64,000 nucleotides of DNA from Laetmonice hystrix (taxonomy: Eukaryota). Made by a program: the position numbers and the translations under genes. This document shows positions 48,991-62,100 of this stretch, one piece after another; within the stretch, counting starts at the first letter, position 1; every line of letters begins with the position of its first letter. The stretch lies in assembly GCA_965235115.1 (NCBI GenBank), contig OZ249436.1, positions 42,968,001 to 43,032,000 on the forward strand, read 5' to 3'. The notes under the pieces were generated by a model. It was not told where the DNA came from, did no database searches, and was given only the letters and a program-made list of their open reading frames with translations.

Positions 48991-51191
48991 CACATCACAT
49001 CATTGTACTATTTGTAGCCATTGTTGTGTTACGTATTGTTGCTATAGTGCGGCACCTCAAATTGGGACCCAAAAACTTAGTTTTTGATACCTCAGTTGAT
49101 TAAAAGTATGCTCGCGGTGTGCAAGGTTGGTCGATCGGGACAGGAATGGTGGCAAATGAAAGTAGAGATTCCAGGCTATGAGCTAGTATGGAAATTAGAC
49201 AGATTACATATAATTTTCATTTCTTTCGAGCTATGGAAACCATAGAAACCTGTTATGAAAACTTCCAAAAACGTGTGACCTTTCCGTGTTTGGCAGGCTG
49301 CCACGCAAAATCTGTCTCGACGACCTATACAAAAAAGTACCCAGAATTATTCCCCACATCGTAAGGTCTCCATAGATGTCTTCCTTTTAGTGAGACTCTT
49401 AAGTATAGTCTAGTTATGAATACAGTGAGCTTTGTTTGAAAATTTCAAAAGTGCCTAAAACTTGATAATGACGTTAAATATCACAACGGAAAGCCAGGTT
49501 CCAAACTAAGCTCTGTCGGATCAGGGGCCTACGGTGATGTTTAAAAAGATAAATTATAATGCTATAATATTCTGAGAATATCTACTGACCTTTTAAGTTT
49601 CTGCTTATGTATGCATCTTTCGATAAAACGATAGCTAGACAGCAAAAGAGTGCAGTCTACGTTAGATCTAGCCTTCTAGTCAAGACTGCACCGCACGTCA
49701 TGTCTATGACGTCACAGCCACAGTTGACTTAACGAGGCACTCAGTCTTTTTGCCAGTGAAACATTGTAATATTATGTATCAAAATACGTAGTTAACTATA
49801 CTATGATGTCACAAGTGACAAAAAATAGCACAAACAGATTGAACCCAGGCTATAAAATTGTAGCCAATGCAGATAACGAGGACATTGTCGCCGGCCAGTC
49901 TCTGGCCCAGGCGATGACAACGAACGTGTTGATAGCTCCACAAGCACAAGACACCCGGCCAGGACAGGCTTTTGAGCAGCAGCGCTCTAAAATAATACTG
50001 TTTAATGTGTTATAACTACAAAATAAGGATTCATTTTCATGAAATTCAGGTTTACATTAATATTAAGACTAATAACTAGAACAATAATATATCACTTTCT
50101 GAAGCAGGGAGTACACTAGTGAATTTTGGGTCTTAGCCACAGTGGCTAACAACTGAGGAAAAGAACTCGCCACACGGAAAAAGTTTTAGCCACAGTATTG
50201 TTAAGGAAATGTTGTTTTTTTCTATTTAGATAAACCAGAGTTCATTATATTAATTTCTCTGTATATTATAAAGTGTTTGCTGTTTCTTAAAAGAAAGGTA
50301 CTTTCATTCGCTGTCATTTGCTGCCTGTGTGTAGTGACAGTTTTTTTTGAAGGAATGAGCTGTCTAGAGCTAGGATAACTCTACACAAGGAAGTGGCCCT
50401 CTCGGCAAGAATATCGGGATGTCTCAGTAGGGGCCCGACCCACATTGAGGGGTACCATACCTTATTGCGGCGATCCCCCTAACAAACCTGACCCCACCCC
50501 ATACTAAGCGGGCCGAGCTGACTGCCCACCTTCATGCCATGAGACCTCAACCAAGCTATGTATCACCTGGCCTCTCCCACCACAGCCTCAGCCTGCCAGG
50601 TAATCGGGATATCATTTAAACTATACTTCTGCAGGGTGATTGGCATCTGTCAAAGTCACCCCAGACATGAGCAGTGAGGGCCATGGCCCAGGGGTGACGG
50701 GCCAGCACTGAGGTCGGCCCGATCTGGGCAGTGGCCAGTGCGTATATATATGGGGAACCCTGGCCTGGCGCAGTGACCGGGCTGAGTGGATCGGTTACCA
50801 TGGTCCCTGATCACCTACATGTCACACCTGCACACGGCACAGTCAATACATGTGGCGGATGAGGCGTGCGGGCTTTGCGAGAAACGGCACTCCCGGGGGA
50901 TACCTGGGCTATAAACTGGGGGATAGTGGAATTCGCACGCGTGGCGAATTTGTTGGTTTATTTTGGCAGTGGACCTCGCCACAAGCGGTAGGTATTCGCA
51001 TTTGCGAGCGTGGCGACCGCTAACGTACTCCCTGTGAAGTATCAAGTGGGGGTTGAACTGGATGCCCTCCCAAAGTCCCAACTTACGGTGCCGATCTATA
51101 GGTGGTGTTGGTTTTATTTTATGTAAACCTATTTCTTTCTTTCCTTTTTAATTCCAAAACTACGCAATTTATAGTTTGTTCTGTCTTACAG

Positions 51192-52645
51192 GAATGTGGC
51201 GCCAATGGGACGCTCCGTCAGGATGGACGCACAACGTCACCCTGACGTCACGCAACCGTTTTCTCCCGGAGCCCAGCGTTCCCGAGCCGTTTCCGCACGT
51301 TCGTGGTCGGCTTGGTGTCGACGCGTCCAAGCGATGGTATTACTGGAAGCTACGTCCTGAACTGGCGTCCGTTTGGTCGACCGTGTTCGTCTGGCTATGT
51401 TACTTGAGTCACCAGCTCTCGATCTGGATGGTAACCTACCTGGCTCAGCTACACAAGGCGAGGTCCACGGAACCCAAGTATACCACCAAACTCAACAAAT
51501 ACAACTGGATATGCCTGGCCCTGAACATGTTCTTCCATGTGCTTCACGTAATTCAGACCCACACAACGTACGACGGACTGGCACCGGAGTTAACGGTTAC
51601 AACGCCGGAGTCGTCCGCCATCGTGCTCTTTATCTGGGTGCTAGTGTTGGAATACTCCGAAAGGGGGCTCCTTTTCTGCTGGCCAACCTCCCAGGACACG
51701 GGAAAGTGGAGTCGACGGTTCCGTCTCAACCTGAAGCCTGTTTACCTCGCGAGGAAGTATCACTCATACATGTTTGGGTGGGCTGCCATCCATACAGTTT
51801 GGTACCATCCGATGGAGAACACGCCCGGGCACATCCTTGGGTTCTACCAGACGTGGCTCTTGCTGCTCCAAGGGTCACTCATGTACACGAAGCTACACCG
51901 GAACCGCTGGCTGCGACTGTTTCAGGAAGTTTGGGTCGGTGTCCATGGCGGACTGGTAGCACTGCAGACAGGTGGACCTTATCTGAATGGCACCAAGCTC
52001 TGGCCAATGTTCACGTTTGGCGCCTTCTTCATGCTAGTTTTCACGTGGATCTTCATTCTTCCATTCTGGGCCAAGGTTCCGGCTTGGACGCGAGGTGCCC
52101 CGTTGGTTGTCTTCATCGCATGTGCCGTTGGGGCCTACTCCCAGATACCTGATTCTTCAGGACGTTACTACGTTCGCCTCCGAGAAGTCTTTATGTTCCC
52201 TTTAATATTTTATTCTGGATTCCTGGTCGCCTACATCGCGCTCTACTTGTTCTCCTGGGTTGATGAGAAGGTTCACGGTGGAAGTACGCCGCCGGAAACA
52301 GTCAGCGCCACCAAGCGAGCACTGAATATAACCGGCTTCTTCCTTGTCTACGCCATCATGGTGGCTGTCCCATGCATCATGCAGGTACTCGATCTTCAAC
52401 TATCCATGTTTATATCTATGGCACTTTTAATAGTTGTCTACATTCTTGGATCTTCTCTCGGCATGCTCTTCATGAAACGGACCATTCCGCGGAGAAAAAT
52501 GGCGCCTAAGATGGAGAAAGAAGGTAGCGAGCTGCAGAAAGTAGTCCCGGTAGACGTCTGGTGTACAGGCTTCACGAACGGGGAGGTGAAGGAAACTTTG
52601 GAGAACAAGCCAAGTGAGATGTCCATGAATGCTTCGTCGACCTGA
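51192..52645 (+). CDS. Uncharacterised His-rich multi-pass membrane protein, large exon 3 (526 aa in total)
   Basis: 1454-nt open exon with many hydrophobic helices; motifs WYYWKL, SHQ, LHxxQTHxxYDGLA, RKYHxYxFxWAxxxTxWYHPMENTxGH, HG, LWPMFxFG. Confidence 0.9.
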
Positions 52646-52721
52646 ATGGTGGCAAGAGTTTGCCGACCATTGAAGCATTATATGAAGCTGGAATCCTTGG
52701 ACTTCGTTGTACACGGGGGTA

Positions 52722-53132
52722 AGTCGATTTGCCCTCTAGATGAGGAGGCGCCCTCCAGTGAGGGCAATGCTCTGTGATGTGGTTTGCAACGCATTCTAGC
52801 AGAGGCAAGATAGCAAGATTTTGCACTGCAGAGTTCGTGGTTTTGCTCACGTTGAGCGCAACACTACAGTGTAAAAACCGGCGCTCTCTATTGTGACAGT
52901 CGAGGGGAAAGGATATTATATTCTACACGTTGGATGATTCTATGGATCCTTGCTTACTCAATGGCACTATGAATCATAAATCTTACCTTGCCGAAGATTT
53001 GCGTCTCGTCAGGTTTTGTGAATCTACCGCTGGCGTGTTGCTATCTTGCCTCTGTCAGAATGCGTTGGAAACCACACCAGAGGGCGTTGCCCTCACTGAA
53101 GGCGCCTCCCGCACCTAGAGGGCAAATCGACT
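52722..53132. mobile_element. Foldback element with inverted arms of about 100 bp just after the stop codon of gene 3
   Basis: agtcgatttgccctctagatgaggaggcgccctccagtgagggcaa... pairs with ...ttgccctcactgaaggcgcctcccgcacctagagggcaaatcgact. Confidence 0.8.
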
Positions 53133-53893
53133 ACCACTCCAGTCGGCCTCGGCGAGGGGTCGATGCAACAGCTTCTAGTTCTTGGTTCGGTATTGCAAAA
53201 GACTATACTCTGACTGTGTTGTCTGAAGCACATGGCGGGGAGCGTGACTGACCCTGAACACCCTGGTACTACATCCTTCCGCGCTCAGGGTTAAACCGCT
53301 TCGAGCGATTCCCTACCCCTTCCGACAGCCAACCTTTTCTCACGGGAGAAAAGATCGCAGCGCCATCTGCTTATGACCTAATAATCCTTCGTGCGGTACC
53401 GCACGAACCAATCAGATTACAGCACTGCCTGAGGCCGCGATTAATTAAAAAAACCAGCTGGCATTTCTGGTTAGCCAATAGGAACATCCCCAGTAAAGAT
53501 ATTGTGGTCGAAGAAAGATTCCGACGCCAACGATGGCAGCAACGGTTAAGCATTAAATCCTGACAGTGAGAGGAACAACTTTGAGTTGACAAGGCTGCAA
53601 GAACAGGCCTAACTAACCCGGCAGAGGCCAAGCCCGACAGCTAGCGCCGGCGACACCGGGCCGAGCAGGCCAGTGTTTGGATGCCAACCGCAGCGAAGCT
53701 ACGATGCTGGAATCGGGGGAGCTAAAATTTGTGCATCAGTGAACTGGGCAAGGCAAAAGCTTCTATCAGGCATTTTTGTAAGCTGGGTGCTATATTCTAT
53801 CTTTAGGTTTAGTCATCAGCATATACAATTTTAATTTCATTTAATTCGAAAGATGTCCTGGTGGAGAATTCGTAACTACTTGTATTAATAACC

Positions 53894-54056
53894 CAGTGAC
53901 GTAGCCAGGAATTAGTGAAAGGGGGGGCGTATTTTTTTAAGGAAAATCTGACAAGCAAAACAGGGTCTTTAACAATACAAAAAGAAAAAGAAAAAAAGAG
54001 GCCAAACGAGGGGGGGGGGCGTACGCCGGGTACGCCCTATGGTGGCTACGTCACTG
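53894..54056. mobile_element. 163-bp MITE, CAG termini, 5-bp TSD
   Basis: TAACC|CAGTGACGTAGCCA...TGGCTACGTCACTG|TAACC. Confidence 0.85.
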
Positions 54057-54354
54057 TAACCTTTAATTTGGTCGGCATTTATTTGGGAGTTTATTCAGTT
54101 GCAGGGAGGAAACATTAGGTGGACCTCTGTTTTGAATAATATGCTTTTGTCCATATATATGAAACAACTATTGATGTAAAGCAAGTAGCAGTTCGACCTC
54201 CTCGTCTTCATTTTAAATCATTGATGTATCGATATGTTCACGCGATCTATGAAAGTTACCGTACTGAAGTTGGGCAAAGACATATCATGGATTAAAATAA
54301 ACCAGTGCCTAGTTTAACCTTCAAAGCTGGAGAGGATGATAAATAATCTACAGA

Positions 54355-55443
54355 TGTAACACTGTAAACCTTCATAAATGATAACTATAAACGTAACACT
54401 ATAAACCTTCATAAATAGTAACTATATAAGTAACACTGTAAACCTTCATAAATGATAACTATATATGTAACACTGTAAACCTTCATAAATAGTAACTATA
54501 TAAGTAACACTGTAAACCTTCATAAATGATAACTATATATGTAACACTGTAAACCTTCATAAATAGTAACTATAAGTAATACTGTAAACCTTCATAAATG
54601 ATAACTATATATGTAACACTGTAAACCTTCATAAATAGTAACTATAAGTAATACTGTAAACCTTCATAAATAGTAACTATATAAGTAACACTGTAAACCT
54701 TCATAAATGATAACTATAAACGTAACACTATAAACCTTCATAAATAGTAACTATATAAGTAACACTGTAAACCTTCATAAATGGTAACTATATAAGTAAC
54801 ACTGTAAAGCTTCATAAATGATAACTATATATGTAACACTGTAAACCTTCATAAATAGTAACTACACTGTAAACCTTCATAAATGATAACTATATATGTA
54901 ACACTGTAAACCTTCATAAATAGTAACTGTATAAGTAATACTGTAAACCTTCATAAATGATAACTATATATGTAATACTGTAAACCTTCGTAAATGATAA
55001 CTATATATGTAACACTGTAAACCTTCATAAATAGTAACTGTATAAGTAATACTGTAAACCTTCATAAATGATAACTATATATGTAACACTGTAAACCTTC
55101 ATAAATAGTAACTATATGTAACACTATAAACCTTCATAAATAGTAACTATAAGTAATACTGTAAACCTTCATAAATGATAACTATATATGTAACACTGTA
55201 AACCTTCATAAATGATAACTATATATGTAACACTGTAAACCTTCATAAATAGTAACTATATAAGTAACACTGTAAACCTTCGTAAATGATAACTATATAT
55301 GTAACACTGTAAACCTTCATAAATAGTAACTATATAAGTAACACTGTAAACCTTCATAAATGATAACTATATAAGTAATACTGTAAACCTTCGTAAATGA
55401 TAACTATATATGTAACACTGTAAACCTTCGTAAATGATAACTA
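54355..55443 (+). repeat. AT-rich 35-37-bp tandem repeat (about 30 copies)
   Basis: Unit gtaacactgtaaaccttcataaatgataactatatat. Confidence 0.96.
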
Positions 55444-56133
55444 CAACATGTAATGTTGTAAACCATCATCATTAATATGCATGATATCGGAGTAGTCTAA
55501 CCAGCTCCCGCCAGCACACCACGTTAGCCAATCAGCAGGGGTGCTACTAATTAACATCCCAACCCAACGCGGGACAAGAAAGACACGGAGAGAGATACGA
55601 TAGTGACGTGCTGGTGTGTGAGCTGGGTGCTTTGTGTACGACCTGAGTACCCAATAAAACTGCAATATTCTAACTGCCAATCTGTGGACTTTACTATCTC
55701 ACGATCTGAACTCCCTAACATCACCGAAGGCTTAAACAACCACCACAACCAAGTGTCACATCAAACGGAAATAGTTGTATGATGATTTTCATGTTTGTAT
55801 TTTGTTGAACTACACCTATATACACCCAAGGAATTAAACTTACCGTTTTCCATCAAAAGATAAGAGGGTTCTGCATGGGCGGATCCAGGGGATGAATTGG
55901 GCAGCCACACCTAGTTTACACAACAAAATTGTAATTGTATGGGGTAGGCCTACATACCCCAAAAAGGCTTTGTGTAGGGGGTATATACCCCATTATTCAG
56001 GGTGGCCTACCTACCTGTGAGAGAGGGGTTGTGTAGGGGGTGCCTATCCCATTATTCTGGGTAGCCTACCTACAAAATAAATATGTGCAAAATAAAAGGA
56101 TAAAGTAGATCACCTTATGATTGGGCTTACTTG

Positions 56134-59100
56134 TTATCCCATCCCCTATCCAGGGGATGGGATCTAGAAATTGTGTGGTTTCGGTTTCCGTATTATTATC
56201 CCATCCCCTATCCAGGGGATGGGATCTAGAAATTGTCTGGTTTCGGTTTCCGTATTATTATTATTATCCCATCCCCTATCCAGGGGATGGGATCTAGAAA
56301 TTGTGTGGTTTCGGTTTCCGTATTATTATTATTTGCGTAGTAGTAGTAGTAGTAGTAAACAATGTTAACAGGGACAAAAGGGGTCATAACTCAGTTGTTT
56401 TTCAAGATATCTAAGTCAAACTTGAGTGACAAAATTGGGCAAGGACCTAATTCATATTTTGCAAATATTTTGACCTTTGACCTTTGACATGTCTGAAATC
56501 TAGGTCAAAGGTCAGAAAATACTTAAAACCTATCTTCTTTCTCAATTTTCATTAAAATTTTATGAAATTGCACAGGGATAATCTCTAAGGAGAGTTTCAA
56601 AGGAATCCGGTTCGATACAATTGATTTGGCCTATATTCGCTGAGTCACGTGACTTCAAAGTTTTGAACAGTGGTCAATTTGGCTATATATGGCTATAACT
56701 CATAAACGGTGCCAGAAAGGGCCATAGTTACTATTGAACACGAATAGGAAGTCATGCATGCTCTTTCAGTTGACGCCAAGTTTGATGACGTAACGTGACG
56801 TATGACGTCATAATGACGTCATCAATATTTTCTAGGGCCTTTCACTCCTAAACGGTGGGAGATATACCCATGGTTACTATTGGACATGAATAGGAAGTCA
56901 TACATGCTCTTTCAATTGACACCTACATTTATTAGGTAGCGTGACGTATGACGTAATAATGACGTCAGGAATCATATCTCCGTCGTTTTTCAAGATATCT
57001 AAGTCAAAGTTGGTGGACATGTTGATAGTCACCAACTCTGATTTGACAATGAGTCATGACGTCACATGACGTAACGTCATGACGTACAATGACGTCATCA
57101 ATATTTTGTAGGGCCTATAACTCCTAAACGGTTGGAGATAAAGCCATGGTTACTATTGAACATGAATAGGAAGTCATACATGCTCTTTCAATTGACACCA
57201 ACATTTATTAGGTAGCGTGACGTATGACGTCATAATGACGTCATTGGTATGTTCTATGGCCTATAAGTCGAAAACAGTGCAAGATAGGACCATAGTTACT
57301 ATTGAACACGAATAGGAAGTCATACATGCTCTTTCAATTGAGGCCAAGTTTGATGACGAAGCGTGACGTATGACGTCATAATGACGTCATCAATATTTTC
57401 TAGGGCCTTTAACTCCTAAACGGTGGGAGATAAACCCATGGTTACTATTGGACATGAATAGGAAGTCATACATGCTCTTTCAATTGACACCTACATTTAT
57501 TAGGTAGCGTGACGTATGACGTAATAATGACGTCATTGGTATCTTCTATGACCTATAAGTATAAGACAGTGCAAGATAGGACCATAGTTACTATTGAACA
57601 CGAATAGGAAGTCATACATGCTCTTTCAATTGAGGCCAAGTTTGATGATGTAGCGTGACGTATGACGTCTAGTTTCCAGGGCCTATAACTCCTAAACAGT
57701 GGGAGATAAACCCAAGGTTACTATTGGACATGAATAGGAAGTCATACATGCTCTTTCAATTGACACCTACATTTATTAGGTAGCGTGACGTATGACGTAA
57801 TAATGACGTCATTGGTATCTTCTATGACCTATAAGTTGAAGACAGTGCAAGATAGGACCATAGTTACTATTGAACACGAATAGGAAGTCATACATGCTCT
57901 TTCAATTGAGGCCAAGTTTGATGACGTAGCGTGACGTATGACGTCATAATGACGTCATCAATATTTCTAGGGCCTATAACTCTTAAACGGTGGGAGAGAA
58001 AACCATGGTTACTATTGGACATGAATAGGAAGTCATACATGCTCTTTCAATTGACACCAACATTTATTATGTAGCGTAACATATGACGTCATAATTACGT
58101 CATTGTATCTTCTACGGCCTATAACTCAAGAACGGTTGGAGATAGAGCCATGGTTACTATTGAACATGAATAAGAAGTCACACATGCTCTTTCAATTGAC
58201 ACCAACATTTATTATGTAGCGTAACATATGACGTCATAATTACGTCATTGTATCTTCTACGGCCTATAACTCAAGAACGGTGGGAGATAAAGCCATGGTT
58301 ACTATTGAACATGAATAGGAAACCATACATGCTCTTTCAATTGACACCAACATTTATAAACGTCATAATGACCTTACTAAGTCATAGGGACATGTCCCCC
58401 AAGGGATGGGATCCATCGTGGTTTTCACCACGACAGGTCTAGTTATTTGCGTAGTAGTAGTAGTAAACAATTTGGTAACAGGGTCATGACTGGGCCATAA
58501 CTCGGCCATTTTTCAAGATATCTAAGTCAAACTTGGTGGGCATATTGCAAGTCACCAACTCTGATCTGACAATGAGTCATGACGTCGCATGACGTAACGT
58601 CATGACGTCATGACGTCATTCGTGTTGTGACTATTTGGACGGTTTTCAAAGTCAATATGGATATTTTCCAGGAACTGATGACACTGTTAAAATTGGGCAA
58701 GGACCTAATTCATATTTTCCAAATATTTTGACCTTTGACCTTTGACATGTCATAAAACTAGGTCAAAGTTCAGAAAATGCTTAAATCCTTACTTCTTCCT
58801 CAATTTTCATTAAAATTTTATGAAATTGCACAGGGATGGTGTCTAACGAGAGTTTCAAAGGAATCAGGTTCGTCACAATTGATTTGACCTATATTCGCTG
58901 AGTCACGTGACTTAAAAGTTTTGAACAGTGGTCAATTTGGCTATCTATTGCTGTAACTCATAAACGGTGCCACAAAGGCCCATAGTTACTATTGAACACG
59001 AATAGGAAGTCATGCATGCTCTTTCAGTTGACGCCAAGTTTGATGACGTAGCGTGACGTATGACGTCATAATGACGTCATCAGTATTTTCTAGGGTCTAT

Positions 59101-62100
59101 AACTCCTGAACGGTGGGAGATAAAGCCATGGTTACTATTGAACATGAATAGGAAGTCATACATGCTTTTTCAATTGACACCAACATTTATTAGGTAGCGT
59201 GACGTATGACGTAATAATGACGTCATTGGTATCTTCTATGGCCTATAGCTCATAAACGGTGCCAGAAAGGGCCATAGTTACTATTGAACACGAATAGGAA
59301 GTCATACATGCTCTTTTAATTAAGGCCAAGTTTGATGACGTAGCGTGACGTATGACGTCATAATGACGTCATCAATACTTTCTAGGGCCTTTAACTCCTA
59401 AACGGTTGGAGACAAACCCATGGTTACTAGTGGACATGAATAGGAAGTCATACATGCTCTTTCAATTGACACCTACATTTACTAGGTAGCGTGACGTATG
59501 ACGTAATAATGACGTCAGGAATCATATCTCGGTCGTTTTTCAAGATATCTAAGTCAAACTTGGTGGACATGTTGATAGTCACCAACTCTGTTTTGACAAT
59601 GAGTCATGACGTCACATGACGTAACGTCATGACGTACAATGACGTCATCAATATTTTGTAGGGCCTATAATTCCTAAACGGTTGGAGATAAAGCCATGGT
59701 TACTATTGAACATAAATAGGAAGTCATACATGCTCTTTCAATTGACGCCTACATTTATTAGGTAGCGTGACGTATGATGTCATAATGACGTCATTGGTAT
59801 CTTCTATGGCCTATAAGTCGAAAACAATGCAAGATAGGACCATAGTTACTATTGAACACGAATAGGAAGTCCTACATGCTCTTTCAATTGAGGCCAAGTT
59901 TGATGACGTAGCGTGACGTATGACGTCATAATGACGTCATCAGTATTTTCTAGTTATTTGCGTAGTAGTAGTAGTAGTAGTAGTAGTAGTAAACAATTTG
60001 TTAACAGGGGTCATAACTCGGTCATAAGTCAGTTGTTTTTCAAGATATCTAAGTCAAACTTGGTGAGTAGGTTGATAGTCACCAACTCTGATCTGACAAT
60101 GAGTCATGACGTCACATGACGTAACGTCATGACGTCATGAGGTCATTCGTGTTGTGATTATTTGGACGGTTTTCAAAGTCAATATGGACATTTCCCAAGA
60201 ACTAATGACACTGTTAGAATTGGGCAAGGACCTAATTCATATTTTGCAAATATTTTGACCTTTGACCTCAGACATGTCATAAAACTAGGTCAAAGGTCAG
60301 AAAATGCTTAAATCCCTACTTCTTCCTCAATTTTCATTAAAATTTTATGAAATTGCACAGGGATAATCTCTAAGGAGAGTTTCAAAGGAATCCGGCTCGG
60401 TACAATTGATTTGACCTATATTCGCTGAGTCACGTGACTTCAAAGTTTTGAACAGTGGTCAATTTGGCTATTCATGGCAATAACTCATACACGGTGCCAG
60501 AAAGGGCCATAGTTACTATTGAACACGAATAGGAAGTCATGCATGCCCTTTCCGTTGACGCCAAGTTTGATGACGTAGCGTGACGTATGACGTCATAATG
60601 ACGTCATCAATGTTTTCGAAGGCCTATAACTCCTAAACGTTGGGAGATAAAGCCATGGTTACTATTGAACATGAATAGGAAATCATACATGCTCTTTCAA
60701 TTGACACCAACATTTATTAGGTAGCGTGACGTATGATGTCATAATGACGTCATTACTATCTTCTATGGCCTATAAGTCGAAAACAGTGCAAGATAGGACC
60801 ATAGTTACTATTGAACACGAATAGGAAGTCCTACATGCTCTTTCAATTGAGGCCAAGTTTGATGACGTAGCGTGACGTATGACGTCATGATGACGTCATC
60901 AATATTTTCTAGGGCCTATAACTCTTAAACGGTGGGAGATAAAGCCACAGTTACTATTGAGCACGAATAGGAAGTCATGCATGCTCTTTCAACTGAGGCC
61001 AAGTTTAATGACGTAGCATGACGTATGACGTCATAGTGGCGTTATCTATATTTTCTAAGGCCTATAACTCCTAAACGGTGGGAGATAAAGCCATGGTTAC
61101 TACTGAACATGAATAGGAAATCATACATGCTCTTTCAATTGACACCAACATTTATAAACGTCATAATGACCTTACTAAGTCATAGGGACATGCCCCCCAA
61201 GGGATGGGATCCATCGTGGTTTTCACCACGACAGGTCTAGTTATTATTTGCGTAGTAGTAGTAGTAAACAATTTGTTTACAGGGTCATGACTGGGTCATA
61301 ACTTGGTCATTTTTCAAGATATCAATGTCAAACTTGGTAGGCATGTTGATAGTCACCAACTCTGATCTGACACTGAGTCATGACGTCACATGACGTAACG
61401 TCATGACGTCATGACGTCATTCGTGTTCTGAATACTGGGACGGTTTTCAAAGTTAATATGAAGACTTTTTAGGAACTGATGACACTGTCAAAATTGGGCC
61501 GGGTCCTAATTAATTTTTTGCAAGTATTCTGACCTTTGACCTTTGACATGTCTGAAAGCTGGGTCAAAGGTCATAAAATGCTTAAATCCCTACTTCTTCC
61601 TAAATTTTCATTAAAATTTTGTGAAATTGCACAGGGGTGGTGTCTGACGAGAGTTTCAAAGGAATCAGGTTAGTCACAATTGATTTGACCTATATTCGCT
61701 GAGTCACGTGACTTAAAAGTTTTGAACAGTGGTCAATTTGGCTATCTATTGCTGTAACTCATAAACGGTTCCACAAAGGGCCATGGTTACTATTGAACAC
61801 GAATAGGAAGTCATGCATGCTCTTTCAGTTGACGCCAAGTTTGATGACGTAGCGTGACGTATGACGTCATAATGACGTCATCAGTATTTTCTAGGGTCTA
61901 TAACTCCTGAACGGTGGGAGATAGAGCCATGGTAACTATGGAACACAAATAGGAAGTCATGGATGCTCTTTCAGTTGACGCCAAGTTTTATGACGTAGCG
62001 TGACGTATGACGTCATAATGAGGTCATCAATATTTTCTAGGGCCTATAACTCCTCAAGTGTGGGAGATAAAGCCATGGTTACTATTGAACATGAATAGGA

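Noticed and set aside
51176..51191. ORF-track start (MFCLTG) for the 489-aa protein, suggesting an intronless or bacterial contaminant gene
   Set aside because: This is a polypyrimidine tract and acceptor (cttacag). Phase-compatible upstream exons exist and the flanks are typical animal repeats.
51373..52152. 259-aa overlapping ORF in another frame
   Set aside because: Shadow frame of the real exon with no recognisable motifs.
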